Positions 28,240 to 36,541 of a DNA stretch of 59,031 nt are shown here, one piece after another. Under the pieces are notes generated by a model. The model searched no databases and was not told where the DNA came from. It was given only the letters and a program-made list of their open reading frames with translations. Origin of the DNA: Candidatus Omnitrophota bacterium (GTDB lineage: Bacteria > Omnitrophota > Gorgyraeia > B26-G9). The position numbers were made by a program, and so were the translations under genes. Location: assembly GCA_043826565.1 (NCBI GenBank), contig JBDRPX010000003.1, positions 147,293 to 206,323 of the forward strand. The letters run 5' to 3'. Numbering within the stretch: the stretch's first letter is position 1; every line of letters begins with the position of its first letter.

Positions 28240-29337
28240 ATGGATATAGATTTAGTAGAAGTTCTAAAATCGATGGTGGGACAGGACGCCTCTGATGCGC
28301 ATTTTAAAGTCGGCCGTACTCCGATTTTTCGTATAAAGAAAGAATTGCTTAATTCCGCATTTCCAATTTTATCAAATAAGGATATAGAAAAGATTGCATA
28401 TTTTATGATGCGTGAGCGGCATCGCCGCGAATTTGAACGCAAGAATGAAATAGATTTTTCTTATCAATTGCCGGATGTCGGAAGGTTTAGAGTGAATGTT
28501 TTTAGACAACGGGGAGATGTCGGGATAGTTATGCGTATTGTAAAAAGCAAAATTCCCAGTTTTGAGGATTTGAGTATCCCAAAAATTTTTGAACAAATTG
28601 CTATGTATGAAAGAGGTATTGTTTTAGTCACGGGTGCCAGTTCTATGGGGAAGTCGACAACTCTTGCGGCCATGATTGATTATATTAATTCGCACAAAAA
28701 ATCACATATTGTAACGATAGAGGACCCTATTGAATATGTGCATGATGATAAAAAATCTATTATTAATCAGCGTGAAGTTGGTTTGGATACGGAATCTTTT
28801 CAACAGGCTTTGCGTTATGTTATCCGGCAGGATCCGGATATAATCCTGATTGGGGAAATGCGTGATGCGGAGTCATTTCAAACAGCATTAGGTGCTGCGG
28901 AAACAGGCCATTTGGTATTTAGTACCCTGCATGCTTCGGACACTTCTCAGGTAGTAGACAGAATCCTGGACTTTTTCCCGACTCCGCAGCATGCTATGGT
29001 CCGGATGCAGCTTTCATTTAACTTAAAAGCAGTAACCTGTCAGCGTCTTATGCCTCTTCAAGACGGCAGTGGAGTTGTTCCGGCTGTGGAAATTATGCTT
29101 ATTAATCCTATGGTAATGAAACTTATTAGAGAAAACAAAACGGAACGGCTTCAGAGTACATTGCGTAGTTTTTCTGATCAAGGAATGATTACCTTCAACC
29201 AGTCATTGGTCAGCCTGGTTCAATCAAATCGTATTTCTTTAGAATCGGCACTAGCTAATTCTAGTAATCCGGAAGCATTAAAGATGAATATAAAAGGTAT
29301 TTACCTTGATGAGGACCGCAGGATTCTAGGTGAGTAG
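28240..29337 (+). CDS. PilT/PilU-family type IV pilus ATPase
   Basis: ASDAH, RFRVN, Walker A GASSMGKST, TIEDPIE, RQDPD, GEMRD, TGHLVFSTLH. Confidence 0.92.
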   Translation: MDIDLVEVLKSMVGQDASDAHFKVGRTPIFRIKKELLNSAFPILSNKDIEKIAYFMMRERHRREFERKNEIDFSYQLPDVGRFRVNVFRQRGDVGIVMRIVKSKIPSFEDLSIPKIFEQIAMYERGIVLVTGASSMGKSTTLAAMIDYINSHKKSHIVTIEDPIEYVHDDKKSIINQREVGLDTESFQQALRYVIRQDPDIILIGEMRDAESFQTALGAAETGHLVFSTLHASDTSQVVDRILDFFPTPQHAMVRMQLSFNLKAVTCQRLMPLQDGSGVVPAVEIMLINPMVMKLIRENKTERLQSTLRSFSDQGMITFNQSLVSLVQSNRISLESALANSSNPEALKMNIKGIYLDEDRRILGE

Positions 29338-30727
29338 CCACAATTATTCCTTCATTAATAAGGAAGTTAATACTGTTTTTCTTAAAAAGAATGCGCGTTT
29401 TAAAATTGCGCTTGTTTATCCGAATACCTACCATGTCGGTATGAGTAATTTGGGATTCCAGTCTATTTATAATCAATGGAACAGCCGTCCGGATACCTTA
29501 TGCGAAAGGTTTTTTTACGAACCGGCTAAAAAACAGCTATTATCCGTGGAAAGCAGAAGCCAGCTTAATTCCTATGATGTTGTTGCGTTTTCTCTATCCT
29601 ATGAGCTTGATTATGTGCATTTCTTGAGTGTTCTCCGAGGCGCGGGCTTATTAGGGGATCGTACCCAGCGTTCAATTATGCCGTTGATTATTGTCGGGGG
29701 AGTAGTTACTTCATTTAATTGTTTACCTCTTTCCGAATTTTGTGACGTGGTATTTGTGGGCGAGGCTGAGGAATCGATTAACGAATTTATGGACATCTTA
29801 GCTAATTATGCGCATATGGGAGGAGCATCTAAAAAGGAAAAATTTTTAACGCAAATTTCCCAAATGCCAGGAGTCTTTGTTTCCGGCTATTCTTTGACAA
29901 AAGACATCGCTCCCCGGATAGTCCAAGAAGTGGATCTTTATCCGACTTCTTCTCGTGTGCTTACCGCACATACGGAGTTTTCAAACATATTTTTAACCGA
30001 AATTTCCCGTGGCTGCCCCTGGGGGTGTAAGTTTTGTGCTACGGGTTCGGTTTTTAATAAATTCAGACCGCGGAGTTTAGATGTTTTAACCAGGGAAATT
30101 AGTATGGGGATGAAATATTCTTCCCGTATCGGACTTATTGGAGCGGCTATATCTGATCATCCGCAAATTGAAGGACTGGTAACTTTTTTAAAGCAAAAGA
30201 ATGCTAAAATTTCTGTTTCCAGTTTGAGAATTGAAACAGTAAAAAAACATTTACTTGAAGCTCTGTCTGAAACCGGGCAGCGGACAATTACGTTTGCTCC
30301 GGAAGCAGGGTCGGAACAATTACGCAGATATTTGAAAAAGAATATAAGCGATGAAGAGATTATGGAAAAAATTAATATGGCTAAAAAGGCGGGGATAAAA
30401 AAAATCAAGCTGTATTTCATGGTCGGTTTGCCTGTCGAGGAGCAAAAAGATATTGAGGCAATTGTTGGTCTTATAAAATCTTCGGCGCGGATCCTTCCGG
30501 TTAAGACCCATATCGGAATATTTGTTCCTAAACCGAAAACTCCTTTTGCCGGGGAGAAAATTGCTGATAAAAAGACGATTACTGCAAGAATGCGGTATTT
30601 ACAGCGTAATCTGGCTGCTGCTGAGGGCATTGAATTTTCTGCCAGAAAGGTGCGGGAAGCAATGCAGGAAGCGCAATTTTCTTCTGCTGATGAGAATTTT
30701 TTTGTAGATTTTGCAAAAAATCACTGA
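29330..30727 (+). CDS. Radical SAM protein (B12-binding-like N-terminus, TIGR03960-related)
   Basis: YPNTYHVGMSNLG, EISRGCPWGCKFC, APEAGS, KLYFMVGLP, FVPKPKTPF. Confidence 0.85.
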   Translation: MSSHNYSFINKEVNTVFLKKNARFKIALVYPNTYHVGMSNLGFQSIYNQWNSRPDTLCERFFYEPAKKQLLSVESRSQLNSYDVVAFSLSYELDYVHFLSVLRGAGLLGDRTQRSIMPLIIVGGVVTSFNCLPLSEFCDVVFVGEAEESINEFMDILANYAHMGGASKKEKFLTQISQMPGVFVSGYSLTKDIAPRIVQEVDLYPTSSRVLTAHTEFSNIFLTEISRGCPWGCKFCATGSVFNKFRPRSLDVLTREISMGMKYSSRIGLIGAAISDHPQIEGLVTFLKQKNAKISVSSLRIETVKKHLLEALSETGQRTITFAPEAGSEQLRRYLKKNISDEEIMEKINMAKKAGIKKIKLYFMVGLPVEEQKDIEAIVGLIKSSARILPVKTHIGIFVPKPKTPFAGEKIADKKTITARMRYLQRNLAAAEGIEFSARKVREAMQEAQFSSADENFFVDFAKNH

Positions 30728-30751
30728 TTGGATACGTAAAATTCGGCTTAA

Positions 30752-30781
30752 TTGACAAGAAGCCTCTCTCTGTGGTAATAT
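30752..30781 (+). promoter_or_regulatory. Putative sigma70 promoter of the two-component/DGC genes
   Basis: TTGACA-N18-TAATAT with extended TG. Confidence 0.6.
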
Positions 30782-30828
30782 GAAATATTAATGTAAGATA
30801 TTCTAAGATAGAATGTTATAGGATTAAT

Positions 30829-32151
30829 ATGCGAAATAAAATTATTTTTATATTCGGAATCTTAAGTTTAATATTCCTGGTCATACTCGTCAGCACAAAC
30901 ATTATATTTCATTTTCGGCATACGCTTGCTTTAGAGAAAGAAAAAGCCTGGGGATTATCTAAGATACTGGCTAAATCTTTGGACCTGCCCATGGTTGCCG
31001 GAGAAATGGATACGGTCGCCGAAATTCTTCTTGCTGTCGGGGAATTAAAGGATTTAAAGCGTGTTCATATAACTGATGCTGTTGGAGTAATCAGGTATAG
31101 TTCTGACCCCAGATTTGTGAATATCCCCAGCCAATCCGAGATTGTAAAAAGAGCGATTAATGAAAAGAAAAATATCGGAGATTTTGAGCAAAGAGGTAAT
31201 GATTATTTGTTCAGTTTAGCCCTGCCGCTGTTAAATGAAGAACGTTGTTATAGTTGTCACAGTGCGGAACATGATGTTTTGGGAGTGCTGAGAGTCGGGA
31301 TTGACTGGGATCCGGTACAGAATGATCTTATGAATATTGTGCAAAAGGATGTCATTATATCGGCAATATTCTATCTGCTGATTTTATTTTTATCGATTTT
31401 ATTTCAAAGATTTTACAATGCCGCACAATTGGCTTATAAGAATCTTGAAGAGGCTCAAGGACAGCTTATAAAAGCAGAAAAGATGGCGGCTATCGGGCAG
31501 ATGGCGGCAGCCATAAGCCATGATTTAAGAAACCCGCTTACCGGGATAAAGATGGCGACTTATTATTTAAGCAGTAAAATTGATAAAAATAAGATTGAAT
31601 TAGTAACGATACTCAAAGATATAGAGTTAGAGATTGATTACGCCAGTAATGTTGTGACGAATATTTTGACATATTCAAAACCCACAGAATTAATTTGCAC
31701 ATATGCTGATATAAATAAAGTGATAAAAGAGACAATGCCGTTTTTACATTTACCAAGCCGGGATTCAGATATAGTTTTAGTAACCAAGTATGCTTCAAAT
31801 ATACCGGAGATGCTTATGGATGTTAAGCAGATGAAACAGGTGATTGTTAATTTGCTGACAAATGCAGTGCAGGCAATGCCTAAAGGCGGAAAGCTGACCA
31901 TAAGTACATCTATAGTCGGTGAATTTGTCGAAATGATGGTAAATGATACGGGTGTCGGGATCTCCAGCGATGATCGAGAGAAAATATTTAATCCTTTTTT
32001 TACGACTAAAGCAAGAGGGGTTGGCCTAGGATTATCCATAGTATTTAATATTGTTAATCGTCATGAAGGGGCGGTAGACGTTTATACGGACAGAGGACGG
32101 GGGACAACATTTATTGTCAAGCTGCCGATGCGCCAACGAAGCCAGGATTAG
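30829..32151 (+). CDS. Membrane sensor histidine kinase with periplasmic CxxCH (c-type heme) motif
   Basis: Two TMs; CYSCH; HDLRNPL; NAVQAM; DTGVG; PFFTTK; GVGLGL. Confidence 0.9.
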   Translation: MRNKIIFIFGILSLIFLVILVSTNIIFHFRHTLALEKEKAWGLSKILAKSLDLPMVAGEMDTVAEILLAVGELKDLKRVHITDAVGVIRYSSDPRFVNIPSQSEIVKRAINEKKNIGDFEQRGNDYLFSLALPLLNEERCYSCHSAEHDVLGVLRVGIDWDPVQNDLMNIVQKDVIISAIFYLLILFLSILFQRFYNAAQLAYKNLEEAQGQLIKAEKMAAIGQMAAAISHDLRNPLTGIKMATYYLSSKIDKNKIELVTILKDIELEIDYASNVVTNILTYSKPTELICTYADINKVIKETMPFLHLPSRDSDIVLVTKYASNIPEMLMDVKQMKQVIVNLLTNAVQAMPKGGKLTISTSIVGEFVEMMVNDTGVGISSDDREKIFNPFFTTKARGVGLGLSIVFNIVNRHEGAVDVYTDRGRGTTFIVKLPMRQRSQD

Positions 32152-32171
32152 GCGGTAGTAAGGGAAAAGTT

Positions 32172-33044
32172 ATGAATTACCAAAAGATGAATAAGCTGAT
32201 AAAAGAAGCGAAAAATATAAGTTATTTGTGCGAAATTATTTTAAAAGGAATCGACGGCCTGGATGCCAAGCAGCGCAAACAACTGATGAAATCAATAAAT
32301 GTCAGAATAACGCAGTTGGACAAGAATGAAAAGGCTGAATTCGATGGTGTCCGTCGTTCGATCCATTCGGAACGTCTTGCGGCAATGGGGCATATGGCCG
32401 CGGCGATTAGCCATGAACTAAGAAATCCCTTAAGCGGTATAAAGGTTGCCGCGGAATATCTATTGAGAAAACTTAAGGCGGAGGCGGATGTCCGTGATAT
32501 TATAATAAATATTCATAATGAGGTAATTTTTGCTAATACGATTATCTCAAATATTTTAGAGCATGCGAGAATTGGGGTGCCTAGTTTAAAGAAAACATCA
32601 TTAAAAAAAGTTATCGAAGAGGCTTTGTTGACAGTCGCGCAACAGGGGTATTTTAATAATATTTCCATAAATAAGCAGATTCCCGGCGATCTTCCCCTAA
32701 TGAATCTTGATTCAATGCAGATACGGCAGGTGTTTATGAATCTATTTAACAACTCAGCGGAAGCAATGCTTGGCGGCGGGGAGTTAAAAATTAAAGTGGT
32801 TAAAGATAAAGGAACGGCAGTTATCACGATTGCCGATAACGGTGTGGGAATAGAAAAGGAATATGTTGAGAAATTGTTTGAACCGTTTTTCACTACGAAA
32901 GTAAAAGGTGTAGGGTTAGGGCTGGCTATAACGAAAGAGATTATTGAAAATCACGAAGGCCGGATAAAGGTGGAGAGTAAGCAAGGTAAGGGGGCTAAGT
33001 TTATTATCTGTCTGCCTCTGGCAAGGAAAAACAAAAAAGATTAA
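32172..33044 (+). CDS. Cytoplasmic histidine kinase lacking a recognisable sensor domain
   Basis: HELRNPL; NSAEAM; DNGVG; PFFTTK; no TM segment. Confidence 0.9.
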   Translation: MNYQKMNKLIKEAKNISYLCEIILKGIDGLDAKQRKQLMKSINVRITQLDKNEKAEFDGVRRSIHSERLAAMGHMAAAISHELRNPLSGIKVAAEYLLRKLKAEADVRDIIINIHNEVIFANTIISNILEHARIGVPSLKKTSLKKVIEEALLTVAQQGYFNNISINKQIPGDLPLMNLDSMQIRQVFMNLFNNSAEAMLGGGELKIKVVKDKGTAVITIADNGVGIEKEYVEKLFEPFFTTKVKGVGLGLAITKEIIENHEGRIKVESKQGKGAKFIICLPLARKNKKD

Positions 33045-33073
33045 AAGTGTTTGATAACCAAAAAGGCGCAGCA

Positions 33074-33454
33074 ATGGTGATTGAGGAGAAAAAATTGAAC
33101 ATATTGGTTGTTGATGATGAGGAAATAGTCAGGGAGACGATTAAGAGAATATTGAAAAGTGAAGGTTTTTGTGTAACAGTGGCTGAATGCGGTAATTCCG
33201 CAATAGAATTGGCCAAAACTAGTGAAATGGATGTCGCGCTTTTAGATATTAAATTACCGGGTATTGACGGGATAGATACATTAATAAAACTTAAGGAGAT
33301 TAACCCAAGGCTTGAAGCGGTTATGATGACAGCTTATGAGGTAACTGAGCGGATTGAAAAGGCATTTAAAGAAGGAGCGATTGCCTGTTTGCATAAGCCG
33401 TTTGACATCCAAACATTACTGGATATTTTTAATGAATTGAAAAAGAAAAAATGA
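33074..33454 (+). CDS. Single-domain response regulator
   Basis: VDDE, LDIKLP, TAY, KPF; start 33074 (or GTG 33047). Confidence 0.9.
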   Translation: MVIEEKKLNILVVDDEEIVRETIKRILKSEGFCVTVAECGNSAIELAKTSEMDVALLDIKLPGIDGIDTLIKLKEINPRLEAVMMTAYEVTERIEKAFKEGAIACLHKPFDIQTLLDIFNELKKKK

Positions 33455-34890
33455 AAGATAAAAATAATTTTTCTCCTAATATTTTGCTTGTAGATGATGA
33501 AAAAGTCATCAGAGAGACATTGTGTTCGATCTTAATAGAAGATGGATATCGCGTATCCACAGCAAAGTCAGGAAAAGAAGCTGTGGCTTTGTCAAAAGAA
33601 AGTAATTTTGACCTTGTGATTTTAGATTTAAAACTTCCGGATATCGGAGGACTGCAGGTATTGCGTGATATAAAGGGATATCAGCCGGATATCTGCGCGG
33701 TATTGATCACGGCTTACCCGACTACAGAATCGGCGATAATGGCCATACAGGAAGAAGCGTATGAATATATAACGAAACCGTTTGATATAAGCCATGTGAA
33801 ACTTGTTATTAAACGAGGTATCGAAGAGAAACAGCTTGCCTTTGAAAATAAAAAACTTCTTAATAATCTACAGGATGAAAAAGAAAAACTCGAAACCATG
33901 CTTCATATTGGACATCTGATGAGTTCTATCCTAAATCTCGATAAATTGGCCGGAGTTATTGTCCAGAAAATTGCGGATGTTTTAAAAGCCCGGATTTGTT
34001 CTCTGATGCTTTTAGATGAAGAGGAGGAGGTTCTGGTTATTAAAGCAGCGATTGGACTTGATGATGCGGTTGTCAGAACTACCCGGATAAAACTGGGACA
34101 GTCTATTAGCGGTTGGGTAGCCGAACGTGGAGAGTCGGTTTTGGTTAGTGATATTGAAACGGATATGCATTTTGGCCGGGCTAATCTTCCTAAATACGAA
34201 ACAAAATCGTTATTGTCGATACCTCTTAAAGCCAAGGGGCGGGTTTTGGGAGTTATTAATGTTGCGGACAAAAAAGTAATTGGGCAAACTAATGTTTTCA
34301 CTCAGGAAGATTTACAGTTTATTGCGGTAATTTGTAATTATGCAGCTATTGCTATAGAGAATGCACAGCTATACGGAGAAGTTAAAAATTTGGCGATAAC
34401 TGATGGTTTGACTAATTTATTTAACCATCGATATTTTCAAACACAGCTGCAAACTGAGGTTGCCCGTGTGCAGCGTTATCCTCATCCGTTGTCATTGATA
34501 ATGTTTGATATCGATTCCTTTAAACAATTTAATGATACCTATGGACACCCCATGGGAGATTTAGTGCTTAGCCAAATAGGAAAAACCATTAAAAAAACAG
34601 TTCGCAAAGTTGATATCGCCTGTCGTTATGGAGGCGAAGAATTTGCCGTGATCCTGCCGGAAACAAAAATTAAAGAGGCAATTGTCGTTGCGGAAAAAAT
34701 AAGGCTGGCTGTAGAAAAAATGAAGTTTGAAACCGGCAAAGAGTCGAAGAAAGAAAAGATGACGATAAGCGGCGGCGTGGCGGAATTTAGTAAAGGGATG
34801 ACCAAAGAAGAATTTGTTACATTAGCTGATGATGCCTTATACGAGGCAAAAAGCACCGGCAAGAATAAAATATGCGTTCATGGGAGATAG
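33451..34890 (+). CDS. Diguanylate cyclase (REC-GAF-GGDEF)
   Basis: REC; GAF; TDGLT, DIDSFK, I-site RKVD, GGEEF. Confidence 0.93.
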   Translation: MKDKNNFSPNILLVDDEKVIRETLCSILIEDGYRVSTAKSGKEAVALSKESNFDLVILDLKLPDIGGLQVLRDIKGYQPDICAVLITAYPTTESAIMAIQEEAYEYITKPFDISHVKLVIKRGIEEKQLAFENKKLLNNLQDEKEKLETMLHIGHLMSSILNLDKLAGVIVQKIADVLKARICSLMLLDEEEEVLVIKAAIGLDDAVVRTTRIKLGQSISGWVAERGESVLVSDIETDMHFGRANLPKYETKSLLSIPLKAKGRVLGVINVADKKVIGQTNVFTQEDLQFIAVICNYAAIAIENAQLYGEVKNLAITDGLTNLFNHRYFQTQLQTEVARVQRYPHPLSLIMFDIDSFKQFNDTYGHPMGDLVLSQIGKTIKKTVRKVDIACRYGGEEFAVILPETKIKEAIVVAEKIRLAVEKMKFETGKESKKEKMTISGGVAEFSKGMTKEEFVTLADDALYEAKSTGKNKICVHGR

Positions 34891-34894
34891 AAAA

Positions 34895-35026
34895 AAGTTA
34901 CAAGTCACAAGTTTCAAGTTTTAAGTAAAAGATAAAAATAAAAGATGGAAAAAGGATTGAAAGTTGACAGTTGATGGTTGGAATTAATATTTTTACAATT
35001 TTCAATATTCAACATTCAATATTCAA
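34895..35026. repeat. 7-nt-periodic arrays, including an inverted pair
   Basis: (aagttac)(aagtcac)(aagtttc)(aagtttt); (attgaaa)(gttgaca)(gttgatg) opposite (ttttcaa)(tattcaa)(cattcaa)(tattcaa). Confidence 0.75.
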
Positions 35027-35030
35027 TATA

Positions 35031-35738
35031 ATGATTCAAAAACGCTTAGAGTTTCTTAAAGAAAGAGTTAATCAAGCTGCTCAGAAAACCGGCAGGTCTT
35101 TAAACGATATAGAAATTGTTTGTGTAACAAAACAAGCTCGTTTAGAAGATGTTAGTATGCTTATAAAAGCAGGTTGTTTTCAAATAGCAGAAAATCGTCT
35201 TCAGAAGGCAGTGGAAAAAAAAGATTTTTTAAAACATACTCTGTCTGAAGATGATTTTTTACGTTTGCGTTGGCATTTAGTGGGACATTTACAGACAAAC
35301 AAAGTGTCCAAGGCCGTAAAGATGTTCCAGTTAATACAATCTGTGGACAGTTTGCGGCTGGCCTCTCTGATTAGCGAGCAGTCTCAAAAGCTTAAAAAAA
35401 AGATAGATATTCTTGTCCAAATTAATATTTCCGGCGAAGATTCTAAGTTTGGAGTGGACTTTGAACAGGCAAAAGAAATTATTCCGCAAACAATGAAATT
35501 GCCCGGATTGAATTTAAAAGGACTTATGGGAATTGGGCCGTTTATTGATGATCTTGATCAGATCAGGCTTTGTTTTCGGAGGCTGCGTGAATTTTATGAT
35601 CAAGAGAATAAAATGCTATTATTAAATTTTAAAGCAGAGATGTCGATATTATCAATGGGAATGAGCGATGATTTTGAGATAGCTATTGAAGAAGGCTCTA
35701 CCATGATCAGAGTGGGAAGAACAATTTTCGGAGGATAA
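35031..35738 (+). CDS. yggS: PLP homeostasis protein YggS
   Basis: VCVTK, ENR, WHLVGHLQTNK, SMGMSDDF, GSTMIRVG; start moved past the repeat to ATG 35031. Confidence 0.93.
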   Translation: MIQKRLEFLKERVNQAAQKTGRSLNDIEIVCVTKQARLEDVSMLIKAGCFQIAENRLQKAVEKKDFLKHTLSEDDFLRLRWHLVGHLQTNKVSKAVKMFQLIQSVDSLRLASLISEQSQKLKKKIDILVQINISGEDSKFGVDFEQAKEIIPQTMKLPGLNLKGLMGIGPFIDDLDQIRLCFRRLREFYDQENKMLLLNFKAEMSILSMGMSDDFEIAIEEGSTMIRVGRTIFGG

Positions 35739-35747
35739 TTAAACTAT

Positions 35748-36539
35748 ATGAAGATAGGAATAATCGGCGCAGGCAATATGGGAGAAGCCATAATCAGAGG
35801 GCTGGTTAAGAAAAAAGGAACAGTTGTCTGGGTATGCGAAAATAACAAAAAACGTCAGGATGAGATTTGCCGGGCTTACCGGGTAAAAAAGATTACTCTT
35901 GAACAATTTAAAAATATGTGTAATATAATTATACTTTGTGTTAAACCGCAAAATATGGACGAAGTTCTTTGTTCTCTTAGTTTCGGAGTAAATAAGAAGA
36001 ATTTGCTTATATCAATTGCTGCGGGGGTGACGACCTCGCATATTCAGAAATTTTTTAAATCGAAAGTTCCGGTAGTTAGGGTAATGCCGAATATGCCGGG
36101 AATGATCGGACAAGGGATCTCTGCTTATTGCCTGGGAAAATATGTCAGAGCTAAGGATGAAAAGAATACTAAGGCAATATTTTCTAATCTGGGGGAAACA
36201 CTTAAAACAACAGAAAATAAAATGAATGCTATAACTGCAGTAAGTGGTAGCGGTCCTGGGTTTCAGGCATATTTTATGGCTGGGTTGGAAGAAGCAGCGA
36301 GTGCTGTAGGATTAACTAAACAAGAAGCAAGACTTCTATCTATATCTGCAAGTGCTGGATCAGCTAATATGGTGAGTTTAGAAGGCAGTGATCCCTCAAA
36401 GATGGTAGAACGGGTTGCCTCTAAGGGTGGCACTACGGAAGCTGGGCTTAATGAGCTTATAAAGGGAAAATTTAAGAGAATAATTAAAAATGCCATTAAA
36501 TCAGCGGTCAAAAGAGCAAAGGAGTTAAGTAAGGATTGA
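35748..36539 (+). CDS. proC: Pyrroline-5-carboxylate reductase
   Basis: GAGNMG, VKPQ, SIAAG, RVMPN, SGSGP, SKGGTT. Confidence 0.95.
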   Translation: MKIGIIGAGNMGEAIIRGLVKKKGTVVWVCENNKKRQDEICRAYRVKKITLEQFKNMCNIIILCVKPQNMDEVLCSLSFGVNKKNLLISIAAGVTTSHIQKFFKSKVPVVRVMPNMPGMIGQGISAYCLGKYVRAKDEKNTKAIFSNLGETLKTTENKMNAITAVSGSGPGFQAYFMAGLEEAASAVGLTKQEARLLSISASAGSANMVSLEGSDPSKMVERVASKGGTTEAGLNELIKGKFKRIIKNAIKSAVKRAKELSKD

Positions 36540-36541
36540 TT

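Noticed and set aside
34971-35030. N-terminal extension of YggS (MMVGINIFTIFNIQHSIFNI)
   Set aside because: It is the translation of a heptamer array; the real start is probably ATG 35031.
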